Source: an uncultured delta proteobacterium (lineage in GTDB: Bacteria; Myxococcota_A; Polyangia; Palsa-1104). From it: DNA of 64,000 nucleotides. The DNA lies in assembly GCA_963785725.1 (NCBI GenBank), contig CAWAWS010000015.1, positions 256,001-320,000 on the forward strand. The letters run 5' to 3'. Shown piece by piece: positions 11,401-23,471 of this stretch. Position 1 is the first letter of the stretch; every line of letters begins with the position of its first letter. The notes beneath the pieces were generated by a model that was not told the origin of the DNA, searched no databases, and saw only the letters and a list, made by a program, of their open reading frames with translations. The position numbers and the translations under genes were made by a program.

Positions 11401-11962
11401 CACGACGCCGACCGAGGAGAGCGTGCGCCGCGCGCTGGCGATTCAGCTCGTCATCAACAAGGAGTTCGGGCTGTCCAAGAACGAGAACCCGACGCAGGGC
11501 TCGTTCATCGTCGAGGAGCTGACCGATCTGGTCGAGGCGGCGGTGCTCGCCGAGTTCCGCGCGCTCTCGGAGCGCGGCGGCGTGCTCGGCGCGATGGAGC
11601 GCATGTACCAGCGCTCGAAGATCCAGGAGGAGTCGCTCTACTACGAGACGCTGAAGCACGACGGCACGCTGCCGATCATCGGCGTCAACACGTTCCTCGA
11701 TCCCAAGGGCTCGCCGACGGTGTCGCCGCCCGAGGTCATCCGCGCCACCAACGACGAGAAGGACTACGCCATCGCCGCGCGCGACGCGTTCTGGAAGCGC
11801 AACGCGGCGACGGCGCCGGCGGCGCTGGCGGCGGTGCGGCGCGCAGCGCTCGACGGCGGCAACGTCTTCGCCGCGCTGATGGAGGCCTGCAAGGTCTGCA
11901 CGCTCGGCCAGCTCTCGCACGCGCTCTACCAAGTCGGCGGCCAGTACCGTCGCAACATGTAA
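8480..11962 (+). CDS. icmF: Fused isobutyryl-CoA mutase/GTPase IcmF (many frameshifts)
   Basis: N-terminal B12 domain ([12 protein letters not shown]), MeaB-like GTPase ([18 protein letters not shown]), mutase domain with RMFAGEG, and C-terminus GGQYRRNM. Confidence 0.92.
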
Positions 11963-12031
11963 GTGGTAACGCCTCTTGACGCGCTGCAGTGCCAATCGCC
12001 ATAGTCCGCCTTCAAGGAGCACGGCTTACTG

Positions 12032-13788
12032 ATGACGTTCCCCAAGGTCGGCGTCGCCGAGTGGCGCGCGCAGGTCGACAAGGAGCTGGCCGGCGCCAGC
12101 TTCGACAAGACGCTCGTGCACATGACGCCGGAGGGGCTGGCGATTCAGCCGCTCTACGTCGAGGCGGCCGCCGATTCGGGCGTGCCGGGCGCGGCGCCGT
12201 TCACGCGCGGGAATTCGCCGGCGCCGCCGCCGTTCGCGATCTGCATGCGCCACGACGCCGCCCATCCCGACGCGCTGACGGCCGATCTCGACGGTGGCGC
12301 CGACGCGTTGTGGCTGCAGCTGGGGCCGAGCTTCGGCTTGGATCCGCTGTTCGCGCGTCCCGATTGGTGGCAGCGGCAGCTCGTCATCGACGGCAACGGC
12401 GCGCCGCTGGCCGCGCTCGACGCGCTCTTGGCCGGCGCCGACACGCGGGCGTCGCGACGAGCGCGCTCGACGTCGTGCTCGCCGCCGATCCGCTGGCCGA
12501 CCTCGCGCGCGGCATTTCGGCGAGCGCGGTCGAGCACGGGCTCGACGAGCTCGTCGAGTGCGCGCGCCATGTTCGCGAACGCTGCCCGGCGTCGCAAGGC
12601 GCGCTCGTCTCGACGCTGCCGTATCACGCAAGCCGGCGCCGATGCCGCCGACGAGCTGGCCATCGCGCTGTCGACCGGCGTCGCCTATCTGCGCGCGCTC
12701 GGCGAGGGCGGCTTCGACGTCGCGTCGGCCGCCCGGCAGCTCGCCGTGCAGATTTCGGTCGGGCGCGACACCTTCGGCGAGCTGTGCAAGCTGCGCGCGC
12801 TCCGGCTCGTGTGGCACAAGCTGTTCGCGGCAGCCGGCGCGCCGGCTGCGCCGTTGGCGCGGCTGCACGCCGTCTCCTCGCCGCGCACGCTGAGCGAGCG
12901 CGATCCGTGGGTCAACATGCTGCGCGTGACGACCAGGTGTTCGCGGCCGTCCTCGGCGGCGCCGACCTCGTGACGCCGGCGCCGTTCGACGACGCGCTCG
13001 GCGCCGCCAGCGATCTCGGCCGCCGCGTCGCGCGCAACACCGGGCTCGTCTTGCGCGACGAGAGCCACCTGGGCCGCGTCGTCGATCCGGCCGGCGGCTC
13101 GTACTACTTGGAGACGCTGACCGATCGAGCTGGCGCGCAAGCGTGGCAGCGTTTTCGCGACCTCGAAGCCGAAGGCGGCATCGTGCGCTCGCTGTCGGAA
13201 CGGCAAGCTGCAGGCGCGGCTCGTCGGCAGCTGGCACAAGTGGAGCGACGGCTTGGCCAAGCGCAAAGAGGCCATCACCGGCGTCTCGGTGTTCGCCAAC
13301 CTCGACGAGAAGCGGCCGGCGCCGCGGTCGCTGCACGCCGCGCCAACGCCGGCGACGGTGACGACCGCGCCGTGGGCGCCCTTGCCGCGCCATCGCGACG
13401 CCGAGGCGTTCGAGCGGCTGCGCGATCGCGCCGACGAGCGGGGCGACTCGGTGCCGAGCGTCGGCTTGGTCGTGCTCGGTCCGCCGGCCGAGTATCGCCC
13501 GCGCCTCGGCTTCGCGTCCTCGTTCTTCGGCGGCGGCGGCTTGCGCGCGCGAGAGGCGCCGGCCGACAGCGTGCCGGCGTTCGCCTGCTTGTGCGGCAGC
13601 GACGAGCGCTATGCCGTCGAAGCCGCCGATCGCGCCCGCGCGCTCAAGGCCGCCGGCTGTAAACGCGTGCTCATCGCCGGCCGCCCGGGCGCGCTCGAAG
13701 CGGCGCTGCGCGAAGCCGGCGTCGACGGCTTCATCTTCGTCGGCTGCGACGTGGTCAAGACGCTGTCGGAGCTGTTGGGAGCGCAGTC

Positions 13789-13792
<4 letters not shown>
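12032..13792 (+). CDS. mutA: Methylmalonyl-CoA mutase small subunit (frameshifted)
   Basis: [55 protein letters not shown] motifs. ATGA overlap with the large subunit. Confidence 0.85.
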
Positions 13793-15942
<2,150 letters not shown>

Positions 15943-15988
15943 ACCCGCGATCGCGCCTCGGCTCGGCTCGCGCGTCGGACGTGGCGAC

Positions 15989-16993
15989 ATGAGCGGGCGG
16001 CGCGCGCGGCTGCCGCTCGCCGATTACGAGCGCGGCGTGCGCGCGGCCGATCGCGCGCTCTTGGCGCAGGCGATCACGCTCGTCGAGAGCCGCCAGCCCG
16101 ACGACGCGCAGCTGGCGCAGGCGCTGTTGACGCGCCTCTTGCCGGCGACGGGAAACGCGCGTCGCGTCGGCGTCACCGGCGTGCCCGGCGTCGGCAAGAG
16201 CACCTTCATCGACGAGCTGGGCACGCGCCTCATCGCCAAGGGGCACCGCGTCGCGGTCTTGGCGATCGATCCGTCGAGCGCGCTGTCGGGCGGCTCCATC
16301 CTCGGCGACAAGACGCGCATGGCCCGCTTGTCGGTCGACCCGGGCGCGTTCATTCGCCCGTCGCCGAGCTCGCTCACGCCCGGCGGCGTCGCGCGGCGCA
16401 CGCGCGAGACGATGCTCTTGTGCGAGGCGGCCGGCTTCGACGTCATTCTCGTCGAGACCGTCGGCGTCGGGCAGGGCGAGATGGCCGTCAGCGAGATGGT
16501 CGACTTCTTCCTCGTGCTCGCCTTGTCCGGCTCCGGCGACGAGCTGCAAGGCATCAAGAAGGGCGTGTTCGAGCTGGCCGACGTCATCGCGGTCAACAAA
16601 GCCGACGGCGAGGGCGCCGCGCGCGCGCAGCTGACGCTCGCCGATCTGCGTGCGGCGCTGCGCTATCTGCCGCGTAAACGGCCGAGCTGGGCCACGCGCG
16701 CCGTCGCCATCTCCGGCCAAACGGGCGCGGGCTTGGACGCGCTGTGGGCGATCGTCGAGGAGCAGCACGCGCTCTTGACGGCGTCGGGCGAGCTGCAAAC
16801 GTTGCGCGCCGAGCAGCAGCGGTCGTGGATGTGGGCGCTCATCGGCGAGCGGCTCGAGCGCCGCTTTCGCAGCGATGCAGCGGTGGCGCAAGAGCTGGCG
16901 GCGGTGGAAGCGGCCGTGCGCGCCGGGCAGCTGACGTCGACGGCGGGCGCCGATCGGCTGCTGGCCGTGTTCGCCGCCGACAAGCAGTCGTAA
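15989..16993 (+). CDS. meaB: Methylmalonyl-CoA mutase-associated GTPase MeaB
   Basis: GVTGVPGVGKST, AIDPSS, GGSILGDKTRM, ETVGVGQGE, NKADG. Intact ORF. Confidence 0.92.
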   Translation: MSGRRARLPLADYERGVRAADRALLAQAITLVESRQPDDAQLAQALLTRLLPATGNARRVGVTGVPGVGKSTFIDELGTRLIAKGHRVAVLAIDPSSALSGGSILGDKTRMARLSVDPGAFIRPSPSSLTPGGVARRTRETMLLCEAAGFDVILVETVGVGQGEMAVSEMVDFFLVLALSGSGDELQGIKKGVFELADVIAVNKADGEGAARAQLTLADLRAALRYLPRKRPSWATRAVAISGQTGAGLDALWAIVEEQHALLTASGELQTLRAEQQRSWMWALIGERLERRFRSDAAVAQELAAVEAAVRAGQLTSTAGADRLLAVFAADKQS

Positions 16994-16998
16994 GTCGC

Positions 16999-17751
16999 GT
17001 GCGCGTCGTCTCGCTCTGCCCCAGCCTGACCGACTCGCTGTTCGCGCTCGGCTGTGGCGCGCGCGTGGTCGGCCGCACCAAGTTCTGCGTGCAGCCGGCC
17101 GACGGCGTGGCGGCGGTGGAGCGCGTGGGCGGCACGAAGAATCCGAAGATCGATCGCATCGTCGAGCTCGAGCCCGATCTCGTGCTCATGAACGAAGAGG
17201 AGAACCGCCGCGAAGACGCCGAAGCGTTGGAGGCGCACGGCATTCGCGTGTTGAGCACCTTCGCGCGCGATGTCGCGGGCGCGGCGGCGGCGCTGGTGAC
17301 GATCGGCGACGCCGTCGGCGCCGGCGCGTTCGCGCGACAGTGGGCGCGGCAGATCGCAGCGCTCGCCACCGAGGTTCGCGCGGCGGCGGCGCAACGGCCG
17401 CGCGTGCGCTTCGTCTATCTCATCTGGCAGGAGCCGTGGATGGCGGTGGCGCCGGGCACGTACATCGACGATCTGCTGACGCTGGCCGGCGGCGCGAACG
17501 TCGTGACCGCGCGCGAGCCGCGCTATCCCGAAGTCGACGTCGCGCAGTTGGCGGCGGCCGATCGCGTGCTCTTGTCGTCGGAGCCGTTTCCCTTCGCGGC
17601 GCGCCACCTGCAAGCGGCCAGCGCGGCGACGGGCCTTTTGCCCGACCGCTTCCAGCTCGTCGACGGCGAGCTCCTCTCGTGGCACGGCACGCGCACGCTC
17701 GCCGGTCTCGACTACGCCGCCCAGCTGTTCGCGGATCCTGACGTAGACTAA
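16999..17751 (+). CDS. BtuF-like helical-backbone metal/cobalamin-binding protein without signal peptide
   Basis: RVVSLCPSLTD, GRTKFCVQP, VGGTKNP, EENRREDA, LSSEPFPF, VDGELLSWHG. Confidence 0.8.
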   Translation: MRVVSLCPSLTDSLFALGCGARVVGRTKFCVQPADGVAAVERVGGTKNPKIDRIVELEPDLVLMNEEENRREDAEALEAHGIRVLSTFARDVAGAAAALVTIGDAVGAGAFARQWARQIAALATEVRAAAAQRPRVRFVYLIWQEPWMAVAPGTYIDDLLTLAGGANVVTAREPRYPEVDVAQLAAADRVLLSSEPFPFAARHLQAASAATGLLPDRFQLVDGELLSWHGTRTLAGLDYAAQLFADPDVD

Positions 17752-17781
17752 TCTAAGCGCTCCGTCGCGGGCCGCGCCAGC

Positions 17782-18498
17782 TCAGTCGCGGCTGTTGTCG
17801 TGCGTCGCAGCGGGCGCGCCGTCGTGCGGCGTCGCGCGCGTCTCGCCCGCCTGCCACGCGCGCTCGAGCGCCGCGCGCAAGACGTCGGCCGGCTGCGCGC
17901 CCGACAGGCCGTACTTGCCGTCGAGCATGAAGAACGGCACGCCGCGAATGCCGAGCGCCGCCGCCTGCTTCTCGTCGGCGCGCACGGCGTCGGCGTAGGC
18001 GTCGCCGAGCAGCATCGTGCGCACGGCGTCGGCGTCGAGCCCGACCTCGGCCGCCAACTTCACCAGCGTCTCGCGATAGGCGATCGGCTCGCCTTCGGTG
18101 AACGTCGCGCGGAACAGCCGCTCCTTGAGCGCGTCCTGCTTGCCGTGCTCGGCGGCGAAGTGCAGCAGCCGATGCGCGTCGAACGTGTTGCCGCCGCGAA
18201 TGCGCTCGAAGTGCATGTCGATGCCGTCCTCGGCCGCGACGCGCGTCATGCGGTCGAGCATCTCCTGCGCCGCCGGTACCGTCGTGTCGTATTTGCGCGC
18301 CAGCCGCTCGGCTTGCCCGCCGGCGTTCTCGTGCACCAGCGGCGCCGACGGGTCGAGCTCGAACGAATGCCAGCGAAGGTCGACGGAATCGCGGTGCTCG
18401 AACTGCGCCAACGCCGACTCCAAGCGGCGCTTGCCGACGTAACACCACGGACAGACCACATCGGACCAGACATCAATCGACAGTCGACGCTCGCTCAT
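17782..18498 (-). CDS. DsbA/FrnE-family thiol-disulfide oxidoreductase
   Basis: SDVVCPWCYVGKRR, NTFDAHRL, GVPFF, SGAQP. Confidence 0.9.
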   Translation of the reverse strand: MSERRLSIDVWSDVVCPWCYVGKRRLESALAQFEHRDSVDLRWHSFELDPSAPLVHENAGGQAERLARKYDTTVPAAQEMLDRMTRVAAEDGIDMHFERIRGGNTFDAHRLLHFAAEHGKQDALKERLFRATFTEGEPIAYRETLVKLAAEVGLDADAVRTMLLGDAYADAVRADEKQAAALGIRGVPFFMLDGKYGLSGAQPADVLRAALERAWQAGETRATPHDGAPAATHDNSRD

Positions 18499-18624
18499 CG
18501 CGATAATGATAAGTCGCCGTCGAGAGCGGCGCATCTTCTGCGGTCGAATAATAGTGTCGAACGATACCGACTTTGGAAATCGTACGTTGCAATTACAAAT
18601 CTTGGGCGCAAGCTCGCCATCGAG

Positions 18625-19536
18625 ATGAGCGATTACAGTCCGTCGGGCCGGCAGTTCGAGCTGCGTTTGGGCGCGCAGCGCGCCATCGTCACCGAAGTGG
18701 GCGCGACGCTGCGCGCCTACGACATCGGCGGCGTGCCCATCATCGACGGCTTCGCCGCCGGCGAGATGTGCTCGGGCGGCCGCGGCCAGCCGCTTTTGCC
18801 GTGGCCCAACCGCATTCGCGACGGTCGTTACAAGCTCGACGGCGCCGAGCTACAGCTGGCGCTGACCGATCCGGGCGGGCTGCACGCCATTCATGGGCTC
18901 GTGCGCTGGCTGCCGTGGACGCTGGTCGAGCAGGCGGCGGCGCACGCGGCGCTGAGCTGCGTCGTCTATCCGCAGCCCGGCTATCCATTCACGCTGACGC
19001 TGCGCCTCGACTATCGGCTCGAGGCCGACGGGCTGCGCATCGACATCGCGGCGCAGAATCTCTCGCCGCGCGCCTGTCCGTTCGGCGCCGGCGCGCATCC
19101 GTATTTGACGGTCGGTGGCGACCTGGTCGACGAAGCCACGCTGCAAATGCCGGCCAGCGAGTGGATGCGCACCGATCTGCGGCTCATTCCCGCCGGCCGC
19201 GTCGGCGTCGGCAACACGGCCTGGGACTTCCGCGCGCCGCGCGCGATCGGCGCGCAGGTGCTCGACCACACGTTCACGTCGCTCGTGCGCGACAGCGACG
19301 GCCGCGCCCGCGTGCGCCTGGCGCGCGGCGAGCGCGCGGTGACGCTGTGGCTCGACGAGCAGTTCCACTTCGTGCAGCTGTTCACGGGCGAGACGCTGGC
19401 GCCCGAGCGGCGGCGGCGCGCGCTCGCCGTCGAGCCGATGACGTGCGCGCCCGACGCCTTCAACAGCGGCGAAGGCCTCGTCAGGCTCGAGCCCGGCCAG
19501 CGCTTCGGCGCCAGCTGGGGAATCTCACCCGCGTAA
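18625..19536 (+). CDS. Aldose 1-epimerase family protein
   Basis: PWPNRIRDG, AIHGLVRW, GAHPY, LDHTF, AVEPMTC. Confidence 0.88.
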   Translation: MSDYSPSGRQFELRLGAQRAIVTEVGATLRAYDIGGVPIIDGFAAGEMCSGGRGQPLLPWPNRIRDGRYKLDGAELQLALTDPGGLHAIHGLVRWLPWTLVEQAAAHAALSCVVYPQPGYPFTLTLRLDYRLEADGLRIDIAAQNLSPRACPFGAGAHPYLTVGGDLVDEATLQMPASEWMRTDLRLIPAGRVGVGNTAWDFRAPRAIGAQVLDHTFTSLVRDSDGRARVRLARGERAVTLWLDEQFHFVQLFTGETLAPERRRRALAVEPMTCAPDAFNSGEGLVRLEPGQRFGASWGISPA

Positions 19537-19542
19537 AAAGCA

Positions 19543-19577
19543 GACGGCCGCGCCGCAACCGAGCGAACGCGACCGTC
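19543..19577 (-). terminator. Possible intrinsic terminator between convergent genes
   Basis: Imperfect stem GACGGCCGCG...CGCGACCGTC preceded by an A-run on the plus strand. Confidence 0.35.
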
Positions 19578-19600
19578 GAGGATCGTTGTCGTGCGAACCG

Positions 19601-19831
19601 CTAGTGCTTCGGCGGGTTCGTGTCTTTATGCGCGCGCAGGCTGGCGATGAAGCCGTCGATCTCGTGCTCGGCCGCGTCTTTGGCGTGGCCGTAACGCTCC
19701 TTGAGCGCGCCCACGAGCTTGTCCTTCTTGCCCGCGATCAGCTTGACGTCATCGTCGGTGAGCTTGGCCCACTTCTCTTTGACTTTGCCCTTGAGTGTGT
19801 CCCAGTCGCCTTCGATCTTGTCCCAATTCAT
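19601..19831 (-). CDS. CsbD-family stress protein
   Basis: MNWDKIEGDWDTLKGKVKEKWAKLTDDD; GGAGG Shine-Dalgarno. Confidence 0.9.
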   Translation of the reverse strand: MNWDKIEGDWDTLKGKVKEKWAKLTDDDVKLIAGKKDKLVGALKERYGHAKDAAEHEIDGFIASLRAHKDTNPPKH

Positions 19832-19882
19832 CCGCTTGCCTCCAGGTTGACTGTTATGGAGATAAGCAGCGCGGCATCGTCT

Positions 19883-20626
19883 TCAACTGTCGCGGGGCGC
19901 TTGGCTCGCTTCCCAGAACGCATAGGCGCCGGCGGCGACGAGGCAGACGACGGGCACGAGCAGCGCCACGCGACCGCACACGCGCGCCGCCGACGCGCCA
20001 CAGACGGCGCCGGTCGTGAACGCGCAGACGATCGTGACGAGGAGCAGCGCGCGCGTCGGCACCGGTCGATCGGGCGGGCTGCGGCTCGGCAACAGCGTCG
20101 GCAGCGCGCGCAGCTTGGCGCGGTGCCAGCGATACCAGCGCGCCGCTTCGATGCCGAGATCGGTGACGACGCCGGTCAGGTGCGTCGTGCGCACGACCGC
20201 GCCCGACAAGCGCGTCACGAGGCTGTTCTGCATGCCCATCGCGAACGAGAGCAGCACCAGATGGGCGTCGGTGAAGTAGGGCCCGCCGCCGCTGCCGACG
20301 AACGCCGCCAACACCGCCGCTTCGGCGAGCAGCGCCGCGCCGTAGGCCGCCGACGTGCGGCCGAAGCGGCTGGTCTCGAGCAGCAAGCTGGCGACGAACG
20401 CGCCCACGAAGAACGTGACGACGAGCAGCGCCGTGGCCATCGCGCTCGGGACGTCGCCGCCGCTCAGCTGCACGCTGAAGGCGCCGACGATGCCGGTGAC
20501 GTGGGAGGTGAAGTGGCCGAGGAGGATGAAGCCGCCCGAGTTGACGAAGCCGGCGACGAAGGCGAGGTAACCGGCGAGCACTTCGTTCTTGCGCACGCTG
20601 CGGGTCGGGCCCTCGTGCTGGAACAC
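19883..20626 (-). CDS. YoaK/DUF1275-family membrane protein
   Basis: AGFVN, FTSHVTG, FAMGMQN, VRTTHLTG motifs. Confidence 0.88.
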   Translation of the reverse strand: MFQHEGPTRSVRKNEVLAGYLAFVAGFVNSGGFILLGHFTSHVTGIVGAFSVQLSGGDVPSAMATALLVVTFFVGAFVASLLLETSRFGRTSAAYGAALLAEAAVLAAFVGSGGGPYFTDAHLVLLSFAMGMQNSLVTRLSGAVVRTTHLTGVVTDLGIEAARWYRWHRAKLRALPTLLPSRSPPDRPVPTRALLLVTIVCAFTTGAVCGASAARVCGRVALLVPVVCLVAAGAYAFWEASQAPRDS

Positions 20627-20655
20627 GCGCCGATTATATCGCGGTTGGCAGGCGC

Positions 20656-20811
20656 CTGGTACCTCGCCACAGTGATTTTGATGGGTCCCCGGCGAGGATT
20701 CGGCGTTCAGGGCGAGGCGCGACGACGACGGAATACTGTCTGTATTGCAACGAAGCCAAGGACGTCGAAGACCGGCGCGGACCGGTCGAGATCACTGTGG
20801 TGAGGTACTAG
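20656..20811. mobile_element. 156-bp MITE/REP-like element with ~26-bp imperfect terminal inverted repeats
   Basis: Left end CTGGTACCTCGCCACAGTGATTTTGA; reverse complement of right end CTAGTACCTCACCACAGTGATCTCGA. Internal hairpin AATAC-N5-GTATT. A second copy of one end lies at 8323. Confidence 0.7.
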
Positions 20812-21500
20812 AACTGGATGTTCACGGCGACGTTGATGGCGCCGCCGAGCGGGTCGACGAGCGTGGCCGTGATCATGCCGTGCGCGTCGGGGTAGCCGAT
20901 GGAGCCGTCGCTGCCGGTGACGCCGGTGCCGAGCGACGCAATCTCGACCTGGAAGGCGCCGGTGCTCGCGCCCTGACCGAAGCCGGCGTTCCAGCCGACC
21001 GTGCTGCCGCTCGACGGCGCCGAGGCGCCGGCCACCGTCTGCGTCGAGTCGTTCTCGTCGTACGTGCCGACGGCGACGGTGCCAGGGTTGGTCATGAGGA
21101 AGCCGTTCCAGACGTCGGCGGTGGTCGGCACCGCGCCGCCGGAGCCGGCGATGACCCACGTCGTGGGCGTGGTCTGGGTCAGCGTGATCCCGCACGGCGT
21201 GAAGGTGCCGGTGAAGCCGCCGCCGAACGTCGTCACGCAGCTCGGGCTGGTGCCGCTGTCCGCGGTGCCGCAGTAAGCAGCGACGGCGGTGTAGCACGCC
21301 TGGCAGGTGGCGTCGTTCGCGTCGTTGTCGCACGAGCAGCTCTTGCCGGCGTAGCTGTAGCTGAGCAGGTGATCCGACGAGCAGAGCCGATAGCTATTGC
21401 CGGCCGTCGCGCACGCGAAGGTCTCGCAGGTCGGGGCGTCTTTGCCGCACCCGGCGACGACGAGGCTGGCGACGAGCCATAGCGCTGACTTTCCGTTCAT
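20808..21500 (-). CDS. Cys-rich lipoprotein (paralog B)
   Basis: AAGGAG Shine-Dalgarno; MNGKSALWLVASLVVAGC lipobox; similar to 21712-22455. Confidence 0.8.
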   Translation of the reverse strand: MNGKSALWLVASLVVAGCGKDAPTCETFACATAGNSYRLCSSDHLLSYSYAGKSCSCDNDANDATCQACYTAVAAYCGTADSGTSPSCVTTFGGGFTGTFTPCGITLTQTTPTTWVIAGSGGAVPTTADVWNGFLMTNPGTVAVGTYDENDSTQTVAGASAPSSGSTVGWNAGFGQGASTGAFQVEIASLGTGVTGSDGSIGYPDAHGMITATLVDPLGGAINVAVNIQF

Positions 21501-21587
21501 TCCGCGAGCTCCTTGTCCGTGGTCGGCAATTGTGGCCCGATTTTGCCGCGCCGTCTGCCGACAATCGCCGCCCAAAGCGCGACTGCG

Positions 21588-21711
21588 GTCAGCGTGACAG
21601 CTGAAGTGGCCGAGGAGGATGGAGCCGCCCGAGGTGACGCAGGCGAGGTGACCGAGCGAGGCGCCGCGGGTCGGTCCGGCGTGCTCGAACACGCCCGCGA
21701 CGACATCGCGG
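21588..21711 (-). pseudogene. Decayed duplicate of the yoaK promoter and 5' end
   Basis: MFEHAGPTR...GHLACV.TSGGSILLGHFSCH aligns, with deletions, to MFQHEGPTR...GYLAFV...NSGGFILLGHFTSH of 19883-20626. Confidence 0.8.
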
Positions 21712-22455
21712 TCAGAACGAGACGGTCAGGAACACTTCGGCATTGGCGCCGGTCGAGTCGACGAGCGTCCCGGTCACGATGCCGTGCGGCTCGGCGTACA
21801 CGATGCCGACGCCGGTGACCGTCGTGCCGATGCCGAGCGAGTCGAGGCGGACGTTGAAGTCGCCCGTCGTCGTGCCCTGGCCGAAGCCGGCGCTCCAGTG
21901 CGCCGTGCCCGCGAACAGCGACGTCGTCGTCGACGTCGAGCTCGACTGGTCGTACTCGCCGCCGGCGGCGGTGCCCAGGTTCGTCATCGTAAAGCCGTTC
22001 CAGTCGTTCGACGTGCCCGGCAATTCGCCGCCTTGGCCGGAGATGGTCCACGTCGTCGCCGACGTCTGCGTCACCTGAACGTTGCACGCCGAGAACGTCC
22101 CATCCAAGCCGCCGACGAACGACGCGCTGCAGCTGACGTTGACCGAGCCGCCGCCGCCGGCCGTGCCGCCGCCGCCTGCGCCGCCGCCGCCCGATCCGCC
22201 GCCACCCGCCGTGCCGTCGAGCTGCGCGCAGTAGTCGGTGACGCTGCTGAGGCACGCCTGGCACTGCGCGCTCTGCACGTCCTTGTCGCACGAGCAGGTC
22301 TGCGGGCCGTAGTTGTAGGTGAGCGTGTTGCTCGAGGCGCAGATCTGATAGCTGGCGGTCGCCGTACACGGCACGCGCTCGCACTCGGTGGCCGCGCCGC
22401 CGCAGCCGGCGACGAGCGTGCTGACGACGATCCACAACGCTGACTTGGTGTTCAT
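21712..22455 (-). CDS. Cys-rich lipoprotein with Gly-rich linker (paralog A)
   Basis: AAGGAG Shine-Dalgarno; MNTKSALWIVVSTLVAGC. Shares CSCD, CQAC, WNGF, W.AGFGQG and HG motifs with paralog B. Confidence 0.8.
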   Translation of the reverse strand: MNTKSALWIVVSTLVAGCGGAATECERVPCTATASYQICASSNTLTYNYGPQTCSCDKDVQSAQCQACLSSVTDYCAQLDGTAGGGGSGGGGAGGGGTAGGGGSVNVSCSASFVGGLDGTFSACNVQVTQTSATTWTISGQGGELPGTSNDWNGFTMTNLGTAAGGEYDQSSSTSTTTSLFAGTAHWSAGFGQGTTTGDFNVRLDSLGIGTTVTGVGIVYAEPHGIVTGTLVDSTGANAEVFLTVSF

Positions 22456-22586
22456 TTCCCGGTCTCCTTGGCGAACGTCATCCAGCGGCGAGAGGCGCTC
22501 TTCGCCGCTCTCGTGACGTTGACGAGCCGGGCCGGCGGTTGTCGCGCAGTTTTTCGTCCGCCGCTTACTTGGCGGCCGGCGCGCGC

Positions 22587-23426
22587 TTACAGCGACGGCA
22601 GCTGCAGCGTGGCCAGCTGCTCGTGCACGGCGTCACCGAGGATGTCGCGCTGCAGCCGCTCGGGGTGACCGAAGAACGCGCCGGCCAGCGCCCGGTCGAG
22701 CTGGCGCGTCGCCACCAGCGCCACCGCCTGCGCTTCGTCGGCGACGTTCTCGGCGTAGACGAGCCGGCGCTCCACGTCGGGCGGCTCGCCGAGCAGCTTG
22801 CCGAAGAACTGCATGGCCAAGCTGCGCGCGCGCGCCTGATGCACACCGGCGACGACGACCTCGAACGTCTGCCGCTCGTGCGCGTCGAGCCGCGCGATGA
22901 GGTCCTGCGTCGCGCGCGTCAAGGCCGCCAGCTGCAGCCGGGTGGCGTCGTGCGTCGCCTCCAGCAGCACCGGGCCGAGCGTGCGCGCGAACGACACGAG
23001 CTGCGCCGGATCGTGCGCGCCCTGCGCCAACAGCGGCTGCACGAACGCCTGACAGCGCGCCAAGATCGCCCGCAGCCGCGCCGTCACGTCGGGGTCGTCG
23101 CTGATGCGCTCCTCCGTCAGCGCCGTCGCCGAGCGCTGAAACGACTGCTGCACTCGCGCCAGCCCGTCACGCGTGGCGCGGTCGTCGATCGGCCCCGGCG
23201 CGTGCGCGTGCAAGAGCCCGAAGATCGCCAACGGCCCATGCGCCACCGCCTTGACGACGTGAAACAAGGGCGGCGTGACGACGATCTCCGCGCGCGCGCC
23301 GTCGCCGCGGCGCAGGATCATCGAATCGGCCAGGACGACGAGCAGCGGTTGGTCCGCGACCGCCGCCGTGCGCGCTTGGTCGTAGGCGTCGTGGAAGCGC
23401 TGGTTCACGTCGGCGAACGGATCCAC
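22587..23426 (-). CDS. Hypothetical protein
   Basis: 279-aa ORF with genome-like codon usage downstream of the TetR gene; no family recognised. Confidence 0.65.
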   Translation of the reverse strand: MDPFADVNQRFHDAYDQARTAAVADQPLLVVLADSMILRRGDGARAEIVVTPPLFHVVKAVAHGPLAIFGLLHAHAPGPIDDRATRDGLARVQQSFQRSATALTEERISDDPDVTARLRAILARCQAFVQPLLAQGAHDPAQLVSFARTLGPVLLEATHDATRLQLAALTRATQDLIARLDAHERQTFEVVVAGVHQARARSLAMQFFGKLLGEPPDVERRLVYAENVADEAQAVALVATRQLDRALAGAFFGHPERLQRDILGDAVHEQLATLQLPSL

Positions 23427-23471
23427 GCCGCGGTTCTAGGCACGCCGCTCGTCGCGAACAGTCAAGCGGGA

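Noticed and set aside
22145..22215. CCG-rich repeat
   Set aside because: Simply encodes a poly-Gly linker in the lipoprotein.
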